DNA from: Octopus vulgaris
Taxonomy: Eukaryota
Assembly: GCA_951406725.2 (NCBI GenBank)
Contig: OX597826.1
Coordinates: forward strand, 41,788,001 to 41,852,000
Direction: 5' to 3'
Length of the DNA: 64,000 nt
The notes beneath the pieces are model-generated. The model made no database searches and was not told the origin of the DNA. It saw only the letters and a program-made list of their open reading frames with translations. The translations under genes were made by a program, and so were the position numbers. Within the stretch, counting starts at the first letter, position 1; each line of letters starts with the position of its first letter. Below are positions 28,065 through 41,470 of the stretch, one piece after another.

Positions 28065-29225
28065 TTTTTTTGTTTCAGTCATTTGACTGTGATCCTGCTG
28101 GAGCAACGCTTCAAAAGGGTGTTAGGCGAAGAAATCGATCCCGGGACTTATTGTTTGTAAGCCTAGTACTTATTCTATCGGTCTTTTTTGCCGAACCGCT
28201 AAGGGGACATAAACACACCAGCATATACTGCGCTGCACTGATTCTACCAGAGAATTATAACAATGGCACATGTGTCTTTGGAATACTCATCCACTTACAA
28301 ACTAATTCACAGAACAGGTAGTTCAGTTGAGCCAATAATGATGATCCACCTATATGGCAACAAGCTGAGTAAAACTATTGCCTGTGAATATATATGGAGT
28401 CGAGGGCGGTGACCTGGTAGCAGGGCTAGCTCGCCGGCCAAAATGGTTAGCGGCTTTTCGTCCGTCTTTAGGTTCTGAGTTCAAATTCCACTGAAGTCGA
28501 CTTTGCTTTTCATTCTTTTGCGGGTCGAGAAAATAAGTGCCAGTCAAGCACTAAAAGTTGATGTAACTGACTTACTCATTTCCCCGAAATTTCTGGCCTT
28601 GTGCCAAAATTTGAAATCAGCATATATAGATTTAGCTTATTCTCACTTAGAAAGTTAATGTATTCAACCGCTATGAATCATTCTGTCTATTGGTTCCCAT
28701 ATCAGCAACTTCCTACGTGTATATATGGCTGTACGCACGCCTATATATTTATTTATATGTGTTAGTATATATATTATATGTGTAATACTGCTGTAATGTC
28801 TATGATAAAAGTAACAAGATTATGAAACAACTGCACACGAATGGAATAAGCATCTATCTCTCACCTCATTTCTCTTATCTGTTCTATACACACATACACA
28901 CACACACACATACATACATATATACATTATTTTGTTTCAGTCATTTGACTGTGGCCATGCTGGAGCAACGCTTCAAAAGGGTGTTAGCCGAAGAAATTGA
29001 TCCCATGACTTATTGTTTGTAACCCTAGTACTTATTCTATCGGTCTGTTTTGCCGAACCGCTAAGGGGACATAAACACACCAGCATCAGTTGTCAAGCGA
29101 TGGCGGGGCAACAAAAATACAAACACACACACACACAAACACACAGACACACACACAAATATATACATATGCATACACACACACATACATACATACATAC
29201 ATACATACATACATACATACATACA

Positions 29226-29293
<68 letters not shown>

Positions 29294-29380
29294 GGATGGG
29301 CTTCTTCCAGTTTCCCTCTACCAAATCCACCCGGAATTATGTGGTTAGGAAGAAAGCTTCTTACCACACAGTCACGCGCC
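28065..29380. mobile_element. SINE cluster: family E (-, 28065-28225 and 28930-29380) and family B (+, 28405-28620)
   Basis: Homology to the other copies. The two E tails are near-duplicates. Confidence 0.8.
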
Positions 29381-29393
29381 TGTGTTCTGTACA

Positions 29394-29428
<35 letters not shown>

Positions 29429-30257
29429 TCACTGGACATTGCCCCAGTTTGATCTGGAAGAATAAATTCTGTGCAGACAATTCCTTTCGCATCGATGAAA
29501 CAAATCATCATCGTCTAGACATTGGATATCACCTGACGCAATTTTGAGGCCTTTCATTGACTTGATTGCTGCATTGTCACCAATGATGACCTTCGTCACC
29601 AGTGATGACCTTCGAAAAAAGGTCCGGATCAACTTCCAACTGATCTTTTAGTTCCCAACATGCATTAAGTCGACTGCTTTTGATCTTCTGTGAGTAAGTG
29701 AGGCACAAATTTTGCTGCAAATTTCGCATTACTCGCTCAAATTCCGTTGGAAAGCGCTCCAGAACAAACCAAGCATATCAACAAGTTTGTCAATTTTTCG
29801 GCGATGATCCTCCAAGATCAGATGATAAATTTTCGTGATGTTTTAATTCGTTCGGAAGGTTCGATGGTTGCTTTGAATGAGGTTGTTCTTGAAGCGACAA
29901 GTGACCATTCTCAAAGCATGAAAACCAGCCATAAACTTATGTTCTGTTCATAGCAGTGTCCTTGTAAGCTGTTTGAGGCGTGAAAACTATTTCGGCACCC
30001 GTTTACCCCGTCAGAAAACAGAATTTCATGGAAGCACGCTGTTCCTTCGTTTGAGCTATCGCAAAAATCGACTGACAGGGGGAGAAGATTGCAAAACAAA
30101 GACGCACCACATGGCAGCAGGGCCACACTCGACGACGCCGGTCGGCAGACTAATGCCTGAGGTATGCATGAAGTGGCTTCTAGCGGCGGAAGACAGAACT
30201 ACTGCTGGCTTGCCCTACAGAGGACGTTCCCGGTTACTTTTGAGTACACCCTCGTAT
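29429..30257 (-). mobile_element. mariner remnant (5' TIR plus decayed transposase)
   Basis: TIR tacgagggtgtactcaaaagtaac. EQRASMKFCF...AYKDTAM...[34 protein letters not shown]. Confidence 0.88.
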
Positions 30258-30274
30258 ACATATGTGTATGTGTA

Positions 30275-30336
<62 letters not shown>

Positions 30337-30342
30337 CATAGA

Positions 30343-30401
<59 letters not shown>

Positions 30402-30433
30402 CTAATACATACATACATATACTTACATACATA

Positions 30434-31354
30434 TATTGGGTTATCCCATAAATAATGCGATTTTTCAGTTGCTTGAACTAAAAGTCGGAGAGGGACGGCA
30501 TAAACTGCCTGCATTAACTTAATATAAAAGCAGGTAGTAATTTTACCTTGTACTTATTCTTATTGGAGATTTTGAAGAGTTCAGTTCGATTCTAAGAGTC
30601 ATTTTTTCAAAGCTATAATGGAAATTAAAAAGGAGTATATTCGGTATATTTTGCTTTATGATTCCAATAAAGGCAACAACGCAATGGAAAGTGCGAGGAA
30701 TATTAAAACAGTATATGGGGATCGGACCATAAGAGTAAGCCAGTGTCAACGGTGGTTCCCGAAATTCCGAGCCGGAAACTACAGCCTAAAAGACGAACCT
30801 CTTTCTGGAGGATGTGTAGAGCTCGACGTGGACATCCTGCAAATTCTGGTGGAACAAAATCCCATCGCAACTTCTGAGGGACTAGCAGAGAAACTTGGAT
30901 TTGGTCATTCAACCATTCATCAACACCTGGGATAGAAGAAAAACGACCATCTTCGGGTTCAAGACGAAAAGTGATCTTCCATCAGGATAATGCTCGGCCA
31001 CACACACAGAGAGGATGACATTCTAAAGACCGGAGTAGTTTGAATGGGAAGCGATACCGCACCCACTATATTCACCAGACATTGCCCCATCTGATTATCA
31101 TTTATTCTGCTGTCTTCAAAGTCATTTGGTCGGAAAAAATCAACTCACTAGTCGAGGTCAGAACATTACTGGAGCAGTATTTATCGTCACGGACAAGTGA
31201 ATTTTGGAAGAGAGGCCTGGCAAGTCAACCAGATAGATCGAAGGGCATTGTAGAAAATAAAGGAGAGTATATTGTAGATTAAAAAAGAATTTTGTTTATC
31301 TTAATTTTGAAAAATAAAAGATTTATAACAACCACATTTATGGGATAACTCAAT
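30434..31354 (+). mobile_element. mariner element with both TIRs and an internally deleted transposase
   Basis: TIRs ttgggttatcccataaa / tttatgggataactcaa. ORF 30618-30935 encodes the HTH (CQRWFPKFRAGNYSLKDEP). FHQDNARPH and HPLYSPDIAPSDYHLF follow. Confidence 0.93.
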
Positions 31355-31362
31355 GTGTGTGT

Positions 31363-31434
<72 letters not shown>

Positions 31435-32211
31435 ATGTGTGTGTGTGTGTGTTGGGGGACCACAGCACTTCAACTTCAAACGCAAACGCCTTCTCGTATC
31501 TGGCTACGTTCTCGTTACTACACGATGACCTATAAAATAAATTTTTGACAAAGAACTATCGGCTAAAGTTCTTCAAGGTAATGCTTCTGCAGGATACTGA
31601 TGCCAGAAAAAGAACAAAATATAACCAAAACTTTAGGCGTAGCAAATACCACACAGTTTCAATTCTCTTCGCTCCGCATGTCATGCTTCAGAGGAATACA
31701 AGGATACCGGAACTTTCGGTGACTTTTTAAAATCATTCTTTGGTGTTTTGTACCGAGAAATAGGCGTTGATTATCAAAAGAACAAAATATTAATTTGTTG
31801 AAAGTAGTATTGATATGTAGAAACTAGAACACGGTGCCCTTTTAAAGTAAAAGTGTGTTCAAACTTTTGTGTTTATACTGTTCAAGTATTGAGAAGCGTG
31901 TCATTCATTAACTCTAAGCGGTGTCCCTTTAATGAAATATGTTGAGAAACTGCCATTCCGCACGGTCTCACGCCTGGAATAAATGGAATGGAAGAAAATA
32001 AATAAATAGATAAATTGAATTCATTGTTTCAAACAAGAAATTTATTATGAACTAATAAATAATCAAATAAATAAAAGTTACCGCCACCCACTCACGACCA
32101 ACCACAACATTTTTATTTACAGATGTTACACTTTCACTCACACACAAAACTGTATTTTCTCACTTAATGATTCTCTCTCTATCAATCTATCTCCTTCTCT
32201 CTCTCTCTCAC

Positions 32212-32258
<47 letters not shown>

Positions 32259-32292
32259 GCATGCAGGCATACACTCATCCCCACACATGTCC

Positions 32293-32362
<70 letters not shown>

Positions 32363-32370
32363 TACATACA

Positions 32371-32811
32371 CAAGAGAAACAGGAAGAAAGTGTGAGAGAA
32401 AGTTGTGGTGAAAGAGTACAGCAGGGTTCGCTACCACCCCCTGCCCCCTGTGGAGGCGCAATAGCCCAATGGTTCGGTCAGCGAACTCGCAGTCTTAGGA
32501 TCGCGGTTTCGATTCTCAGACCGGGCGTTGTGAGTGTTTATTGAGCGAGAAAACCTAAAGCTCCACGACCTCCGGCAGGATTCGGTGGTGAACCCTGCCG
32601 TACTCTTTCACCACAACTTTTTCTCGCTCTTTCTTCCTGTTTTTCTTGTACCTGTATTTCAAAGGGCCAACCTTGTCACACTCTGTTTCACGCTGAATCT
32701 CTCCGAGAACTACGTTAAGGGTACACAATCCTGTGGATTGCACAGCCACTTGCACAGGCTGTTTCGTTGATCTGATCAACTGGAACCCTCATCGTCGTAA
32801 ACAACGGAGTG
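32371..32811 (+). mobile_element. SINE family A (about 32449-32811) preceded by an inverted internal fragment of a family A-type SINE
   Basis: 32371-32428 is the reverse complement of about 32591-32648. Confidence 0.88.
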
Positions 32812-32820
32812 CCACACACA

Positions 32821-32849
<29 letters not shown>

Positions 32850-32855
<6 letters not shown>

Positions 32856-33325
32856 AATAAAATATATGCATATATATAAACATATATGTACGTACCTACC
32901 TCTACATGTACATATACACGCATATATGTGTACAGGACACCAAAAAGACGTCGAACACATAGAGAGACGAAAAACATAGACACAAACCAAGGAACAAGAC
33001 AGGCAAAAAAAAGGAGATACAGGACAATAAGCACAACGAAAAATCCCCTTCTTCAGATGGACGACGGGAATGGGGGAGGAGGAGCAAGAGGAAGAGAGAG
33101 AAGAAGGGGAATGGTGCGAGGAGACCATGAGGAACAGTGAGGGGGAGAGAGAGAGGAAGAGACAAGTTAAGTGAGGGAAAAAAGACGAAAAAGGGAATGG
33201 GAGAGAAAGAAAGAAAGATGCAGAGTCGCGTGAGAGTTAATATCAAGGCGAACTTGATAAACAGAACAATCTTACTTAATAGGATGCGTGCGTTTAGTCG
33301 TATAATATGTTAATAAAATATATAT
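32850..33325 (-). mobile_element. PLE pseudo-LTR-like low-complexity segment with a partial HHR core
   Basis: Minus strand is pyrimidine-rich with ctgaagaagggga near 33050 and no matching GAAAC. Flanked by (TA)n with a direct repeat atatgttaataaaatatat. Confidence 0.4.
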
Positions 33326-33628
33326 ATATATATATATATATACATACATACATATATATATATATGGACGCGCAATGGCCCAGTGATTAGGGCAGCGGAC
33401 TCACGGTCGTAGGATTATATATATATAAACACACAAACACACATAGACATGTAGTCTCTGTTTTAGATATCTCACTAGGAAAAAATTCCAAAATGAGAAA
33501 AATTCTGCCACATTGCGAAGCCAAAGATCTTGCTCTTGCTGTCTCCGGACTATTTGACTTTTTAGGTGAGGGCTTAGCGGTGTTAGGCGAGCTCTTGTTG
33601 AGTCTAAATTTGAGCATTGACATTCCTG

Positions 33629-33678
<50 letters not shown>

Positions 33679-34080
33679 ATATATGTATGTATGTATGTAT
33701 ATATATAACACATTTGTGTAGATTTTCTTGTCATTGTTGTTTCTGTGCTTGTTTTATCTGGTCATGGTAACGTTTGTGTCAGGTAGTTTTACATTTATCG
33801 ATGAATCTCTCTTCATGATATTGTGTTATCTGGCAAACTGATAGTCAGAAAGAAACTAAAGAAATATATATATAAAAAAGAGAAGGAAAATACAAAATAA
33901 AGATATCAACAATGAAGTTGGCAACAGCACCACCACCAATAATAACAATAATAAAGAAGTAAAATTTCAGGCTCTGCTCTACATTATTATCACATGGTAC
34001 AACGCGGTTTACGGCAAATATTGATGTACAGCAAAAATGAAAACACAAACACACGCACACACTTTATGTGTTACAATATT

Positions 34081-35095
34081 CGTTTCTACACTAGGCAGAA
34101 GGCCCGACAACTGGTACTTAATTTATCGACCCCGAAAGGATGGAAGGCAAAGTCAACTTTGGCGGAATTTGAACTCAGAACGAAAAAAACAGATTAAATA
34201 CTTATTTATTTACTGCCTACAAGGGGCTAAACACAGAGAGGACAAACAAGGACAGAGAAACGGATTAAATCGATTATATCGACCTCAGTGCGTAACTGGT
34301 ACTTATTTAATCGAACTCGAAAGGATGAAAGGCAAAGTCGACCTCGCGGAATTTGAACTCAGAACGTAGCGGCAGACGAAATAACGCTAAGCATTTCGCC
34401 CGGAGTGCTAACGTTTCTACCAACTCGCCGCCTCATATGTTACAATATTATTATCGCAAAACTGGCAGAAACGTTAGCATGCCGGGCGAAATTCTTAGCG
34501 GTATTTAGTCTGCCGCTACGTTCTGAGTTCAAATTCCGCCGAGGTCGACTTTGCCTTTCATCCTATCGGGGTCGATTAAATATGTAGCGGTTACGCATTG
34601 TGGTCGATGTAATCGACTTAATCCCTTACTCTGTCCTCGTTTGTCCCCTCTACGTTTAGCCCCCTGTGGGCAATAAAGAAATAAATATTGTTATCACTAA
34701 TAAGGCAGCGTGCTGGCGAAAACGCTAGCACACCGAGCGAAATACTTGGTGGTATTTCGCCTGTCGCTTCGATCTGATTTCAAATTTCGCCGAGGTCGAC
34801 TTTGCCTTTTATCCTTTCGGGGTCAATTAAATAAGTACCACTTACGCACTGGGATCGATATAATCGAGTTAATCCATTTGTCAGTCCTTGTTTGTCCTCT
34901 CTGTGTTTAACCCTTGTGGGTAGTAAAGAAATAGGTATTTCGTCTGCCGTTACGTTCTGAGTTCAAATTCCGCCGAGGTCGACTTTGCATTTATCCGTTC
35001 GGGGTCGATATATTAAGTACCATTTGCGTGCTGGGGTCCATCTAACCGACGGGCCCCTTCCCCCAAAATTCCGGACCTTATACCTCGAGTAGAAA
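34081..35095. mobile_element. Cluster of five family B SINE units: two minus, then three plus
   Basis: Minus units about 34081-34200 and 34203-34432. Plus units about 34460-34684, 34703-34932 and 34933-35095. Confidence 0.93.
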
Positions 35096-35328
35096 CGGAT
35101 ATTTACGCTTTCTGTACTTCAGTTTAATCGATACTCGTACTTTTCTGGTGTTTTGTCAAATTCCGCTCGCATAAAACTTATCGTTAATGTGTGAGTGTAT
35201 ATGCGTATATGTACACAGAAACACAGACGTGTATGAAATAAATATACATATACACACACACAAATAAATGCGCATGCATAGATGTATATATGTATGTATA
35301 TGCATATGTGTGTGTGAGTGCGTGCATG

Positions 35329-35370
<42 letters not shown>

Positions 35371-35371
35371 T

Positions 35372-35690
35372 AGGTGTGGCTGTGTACTAAGAAGTTTGCT
35401 TCCACTGACAAGATTCCGGGTTCAGTCCCACTGCGACTCTTCTACTCTGTGTGTGTGCGTGTGGATAAGTATGTATGCGTATATGTATTTGTGTGTGTGT
35501 GGCTGTGCATGTTTGTTCCCCACCATCGATTTACAACGGGTATTGGTTTGTTTACGTTCGCGCGATAGAAAAAGTACAACGCTTTACAAAATAGAAAAAT
35601 ATACTAAGTAATGGGACCGATAAGTTCGACTTAAATTCTTAAATTCTTCAAGGCAGTGCCCCAGCATGGCTGAAACAAGTAAGAAAAAAA
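35372..35690 (+). mobile_element. Family E SINE, decayed
   Basis: ttccgggttcagtcccactgcg head and ccccagcatggctgaaacaagt tail. Confidence 0.75.
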
Positions 35691-37378
35691 AAAGAAAGAT
35701 ACATACACAGTCATACACGCACATCTATACATTTATGGTGGCGCTTATATAAAAAGGTAAAAAATGTTTAGAAACGTTACTCTTTTCAAGTACGCTAGAG
35801 TCAACCCGCTATCTTGCAGGTAGCTAAGTGTTGCAGGAGTGGGGCTTTTACTTTTAATCGCGACCTATCTCCGTGCAGGCTTCTTCTAGTATATATAATA
35901 TATACGTACATCGGACGGCGAAGCGTAGTCAATGTGGTAGGTCACAGGGGATGAGTTGAGCAACCAATTTAATTGTTGAATGTCATACACAGACGCGCAC
36001 ACGCACACATAGAGAAATTAGTTTTATACGTTATTAGCTTTACTTGCCGTCTGTTTCGGAAAACGAGGCACCGATCATGTTGCACTAGATTTAAGATGCA
36101 ATGCAGGCAGACTCCATAGCTGCACATAATTTGCCGCTGGCCCATTTTTGGACAGGATCTGTCGGACAACCACTTGAATTTGAGGTCGTTTATATCGAGG
36201 TTCGTTCCCGATTGGTTCTTGTTATATTTGACCCTAGAATGTTGAAAAGTATACTCAACTTGCAATAGAATTCGAGCTTAAAAAAGCTTAATACCACGAG
36301 AAAGTTTGTTGGATGCTCCAACGCCTCTGCCAAACTGCCACGTCCATGTTAGTTTGCTTTATCTATATTCTTAATGAAATAACACTCAGAGTTGTGACTT
36401 TCATTCTTTTTCCGAAAAAATTATTAGACAAATGTCAGGAAAATGATGTTCGTCTTACTTTATTCACGCCGAAAACTATAGTTATTTTTTCAGAGACATA
36501 AAGATCATTTAGGGTAGGGAGGTTACGCTGTGATTTTTATGCTTTTCTTAAAGGTCCTACAAGTGAAACAATAATGAATTGAGTATCAAAACTGCCGGAG
36601 TATAGCTACCACCGAATGATTACGGCGTAACGATATTTCGAATTATATATGTTAATTGGCGCTTTAGTTAGTTTCAGTTCGTTGATCTGCTCTCTATATA
36701 TTTGTATAATAATACACCACCAGCTGCAGAAGTATATCAAATATTCATTTACATCTTATTAATAATTATTGATTAATATGTCAAATTAATTCTAATTCTA
36801 ATTAGAACGATTTTAAATCAGAGAGCCTGTACTGATTTTATCGAGAGTTAAATCAAAATCTTTACCCGATAATTATTGCTATAGAGAATATTGTTATAAA
36901 ACGGATTTGAAATGATTAAATCGCTAAAACACAACTTGGCAAAATAACACAACTGTCATACTGCAATGTAGTTGGGTGAAGTCAATCAGGCGGAACATAT
37001 CCTTGCCCTTATCGATACACTCGGCAGAATCTCGAGCAATTATTGTCAACGAGCGACGCAATCGTCAATAAAACGTAACTCGCATTACTTACAGTGGTGA
37101 GTAATAGTGACAATTAATAATAAGATATTTACGGCTAAATGAATAACTATTATGTATTATTTAAGGAATATTGCCAGAAGCACAATGGTTGTAGATACAA
37201 TGGTGAGTGTACAATACAATGTCAGAGAAGGAGAGAGAAAGAGAGAAAGAAAGAGAGAGAAAGAAAGAAAGAAAGAGAGAGAAAGCGAGAAAGAGAGAAA
37301 GAGAATGAGAGAAAAAGAGAGAGAAAACTAAGGTGTAAACTTCTTGGCAGGTTGTTATTCCACTTAGTAATTCTCTCT

Positions 37379-37440
<62 letters not shown>

Positions 37441-37577
37441 AGCACACACATATACATAAACATTATACACAAAAATACAAATAAATAAATGAATATACAT
37501 ATATATATACTCATATATATATATATATGTGTTTGTGTGTGAATATATATATACATATACATACATACATGCATACA

Positions 37578-37632
<55 letters not shown>

Positions 37633-37639
37633 GCACCCA

Positions 37640-37800
37640 CTCGACTTCAACTTTATCCTGCAACTTCCGAAATCCTACCACCTGCCCTCTAAGAGGATCC
37701 TGCCTCTCAATGGCTGTAGTATACAGAACCACCCTTACACCATCCGATGGCATTACTAGGCACTATACGGGCATAACAACCAATGACTTCAAGGAAAGTT
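37640..37800 (+). mobile_element. Penelope-like GIY-YIG endonuclease fragment
   Basis: [27 protein letters not shown]...[11 protein letters not shown] matches CNCR...CPLxGxCL...VVY...YxGxT...FK. Confidence 0.85.
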
Positions 37801-38019
37801 GAGGCACCTCGTTAGGTCGGAATAATATACACACACAACAATATGTAAATACCAACTTTGGTTAAGGATGTTCTCCGGGTCAGGAGGTCTTCAGACCATG
37901 TAGCCCACTTGATGCTGGGTGTTTCGACTCGGAGGTCACAAGTCTGCAGAGAAAGCGCGTCAGGGAAGTGGAGTTCTCACAGTCCCTGGATCTAAATGAA
38001 TTCAAGTGCTGGGAGAATA

Positions 38020-38816
38020 TTTCCTTGAAGTCTTCTACTATCGATATTGGTCTACCACTATTAGCTATCCAGTTTGCAAGTGATATTTTAATGTCACGTT
38101 GAACGGTAGCACTGACCGGATGATCAGACCGACTCAATATATTTCTTTTTACTAGCCACAAGCGGCTAAACACAGAGGAGGACAAACAAGGACAGACAAA
38201 CGGATTAAGTCGATTACATCGTCCCCAGTGCGTAACTGGTACTTAATTTATCGACCCCGAAAGGATGAAAGGCAAAGTCGACCTCGGCGGAATTTGAACT
38301 CGGAACGTAACGACAGACGAAATACGGCTACGCATTCCGCCCGGCGTGCTAACGTTTCTGCCAGCTTGCCGCCTTAAACTGACTCAATATAGTTTTCTTG
38401 GAGGTAGATGACACCGCCGTTGTAGACTGACTAAATGAAGCAGACTTTGCGAAGTGAGGTTTCGAATACTTTAGCAAGTATTTGTTTTGAAGGTGGTAAG
38501 TAAGCGATGTGTTAGATCCATAGTATGTGAACGATTTGTCGCAATGGATTCAATAAACGTTATTTTGATATTACTGTCAGCGAACAATTTAAATCCGAAA
38601 TGTTCATGTAATCGACCTGATAAAGATTTATATTTCATAACTTGATTCTTCTCTGCCGCCATTTTACTTCCCGACTTCCGGCACATTTATTAATGATGGG
38701 TAGAAAATTAAATAAGAAACCGATTAATAAAAATTAATCGTTAAAACAAAAATTTACTCGTTGAAATAAATTAACGGTTAATCGATTAATTAATCTTTAA
38801 CTATTAGCAGCTCTAA
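38020..38816 (-). mobile_element. hAT transposon 5' remnant (BED finger region)
   Basis: End tagagctg with ttaatcgattaa subterminal repeats. CDKSFTYYGSNTSLTYHL (BED-like) and LANWIANSGRPISIVED. Confidence 0.8.
38142..38375 (-). mobile_element. Family B SINE inserted in the hAT remnant
   Basis: Full length. TSD gactcaatata at 38131-38141 and 38381-38391. Confidence 0.95.
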
Positions 38817-39054
38817 TATATATGCATGCATATATCGTTGAGTTTGACCTTAAGATGTTTCCAGTAGTGGGGTCATGTTTCGGGAGTTCCAGAGTTTTTA
38901 GGGTTATGGAACGAGGGCTTAGCCAGACGTCTTCCTAGGTCTTCTTTGATTCTTTTAGCGTCTCGGCTCTAGGTTAAGAAGTATGGTATGAAAGAAACTC
39001 CGAGCACAAACCCTCACTGTCTTGGGAGTACCTTAAGAAACGGAAAAGGGTTGG

Positions 39055-39353
39055 GGAGAAAATCAAGAAGTGGAAACTCTCAGACAGCTTATCTGGCCAC
39101 CACAGTCCCCAGATGTCAATATTATTGAACATTTATGTTGCATTTTAGAAAAACAAGTAAGGAATCAATATCCACTGTCATCACTATAAGAACTGGAGAC
39201 TATTTTAGCTGAAGAATGGACAAAAATTCCTTTGGAAACAATTCAAACTTTGTACGAGTCCATACCTCATAGTATTTAAGCTGTAATTGCTGTCAAAGGC
39301 GGTCCTGCCACATATCAAAATAAGTTTGAAATTTTAAGGTGTTTCCATTATTT

Positions 39354-39357
<4 letters not shown>
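39055..39357 (+). mobile_element. Tc1 transposase 3' remnant and right end
   Basis: WPPQSPDVNIIEHL...EEWTKIPLETIQTLYESIP...AVIAVKGG. Confidence 0.88.
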
Positions 39358-39409
<52 letters not shown>

Positions 39410-39984
39410 CACAAACACAATCACCTACATATTTAGATATTGAGATATAGTTTGGAATGTAAAATGAAGTCTCAAGGATTGTCATCGGGATTTCCTTCAA
39501 CAGTGGCTTTCGAGGTTTACAGACAACAATAATAGAGGATCAGAAGAAATTAGAGGAGAGGGCGGAGGAATGGTTCCGCCAGATATATAAAGGATAACAA
39601 TAAAGTAGAAAGAGATAAGATGCTAACCACTCGTTACCATTAGTAAGTGTTACCGGAAATAAATGAGAACAGAATAGAGAATTGTCTGTCTCTGAAGCTA
39701 CTTAGAAATTTTGAGCGGAAAATACGCTAGCACTGATTGGTTTAGAATTGTGTTACATGAGAAGGCATCTTAGTTATATCTGTGCGAAAGAGTGTATGCG
39801 TGTGTGGTATGTGTCTGCGTACATATTTAAGTGTATATATTTGAGCATGAATTTATGTCGGTACATATATGCATACATACAATCATATATATGTATGTAT
39901 ATATTCCTGGTAACGTCAGAAGTACACTTAACACAGAAACACTGATACTGATGTATGTGTACGCATATTTGTATTATAAGTATG

Positions 39985-40047
<63 letters not shown>

Positions 40048-40954
40048 TACTGTAATACATACATACTTAGGCGCATGCATGTCGGTGTGATTTAGAATCT
40101 CGCTTAGAACCATGAGATTTCGGGATCAGTTCCACCGCTCAGCCTCTTGGACAAGTGTTTTGTACTATAGCTCTGGGCTATAGTACAAAAACAGCGACTT
40201 GGAAAATTCAGCTTGCGCTTCCGTAAGAAAGTTTGCCAGAAACAAGACAACCCGTGGAAAAACTTTTAGTACGAAATATCCTTGAAAATATCAGTGTTAC
40301 ACCCGGTACAAACCAGTCACTCAACACCCTAAAGTCCCCAATTGCAGACAAATGCATAAGCTTGAAGAACAAGCGAGTCGAGCAAGCGACACAGCACCGA
40401 ATAGAAAGGTCGCTGAAGCCAATTCGTGACCGGAAAACTTTTCACGTCTATTTTTTCAAAAACTGACGTCAAGTTTTTGGACAGAAAAGTTAAGTTTTCA
40501 GAAGGCAGAATAATGACAGAGTCGCTTTGCAAGCTCGCGTCATCGCGTATTTACCTTCATCGCCGTTCCGATCATCCACATCATAATTAGGTCAAATTCA
40601 AAATCTCAGTTTTTGAGGATAAAACGGATTTGTACTGATATTGGGGATTACTGGAAACATGCAAATGTTTTTGTACGCCATTAAGTCAAACTCCGTTACA
40701 GTGAACCACTGTTAACGGAAATTGCAAATGACATAGCTAAAATTAGCAAGGAGAGCCATACATTCACGTATAATTCTAGCAACCAAAGTAAAATTTGTAA
40801 ACGAATTCCTTTACAGATTAATTGGTGCCGAAATTTTTCTGGCATATCAAAAGTGTTGCATGAAAGCTACCAGCATATTTCAGAAAAATATCCTCGTTTC
40901 AAATAAATAATCTCTCACCCACCTATTCGAGCCTTTAGGCAAAATAAAAATATA

Positions 40955-41187
40955 TGTTTCTTTACTACCTACAAGGGGCTAAACATAGAGGGGACAAACA
41001 AGGACAGACACACGGATTAAGTCGATTACATCGACCCCAGTGCGTAACTGATACTTAATTTATCGACCCCAAAAGGATGAAAGGCAAAGTCAACCTCGGT
41101 GGAATTTGAACTCAGAACGTAGCGACGGGCGAAATACCGCGAAGCACTTCGACCGGCGTGCTAACGTCTCTGCCAGCTCGCCGCCTT
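40955..41187 (-). mobile_element. Family B SINE, full length
   Basis: TSD aaataaaaatata on both sides. Confidence 0.93.
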
Positions 41188-41233
41188 GTGAAATAAAAAT
41201 ATAATAGAATTACTAACCACTGCCTCTAACCCC

Positions 41234-41470
41234 ATGAAAACTTTCATTGGAGTTTCTGAACTCTGCACTCTGAAAAACAGCCGCAAAGGAGGTAAGTCAA
41301 GAGTTAATTCCATTACAAATTATAACAGAGATGTTATGATTTATACAGAAGATGGGATGCATCAAGTTTTTCATTTGGTACTCGCAGCGGAATGCACCAA
41401 ACACAGCTTGATTTATGCTGGTTGTACAACAGAACAATTAAATAAAAGACTGTTACCGTCACTCTAAGCT
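41234..41470 (+). mobile_element. Penelope-like GIY-YIG fragment, second family
   Basis: AAECTKHSLIYAGCTTEQLNKR resembles IYxxxCxxxxxxYxGxTxxxLxxR. Confidence 0.6.

Noticed and set aside
37860-37935. Minus-strand GAAAC...CTGAAGA arrangement (type II HHR?)
   Set aside because: Stem I is too short and stem II is mismatched.
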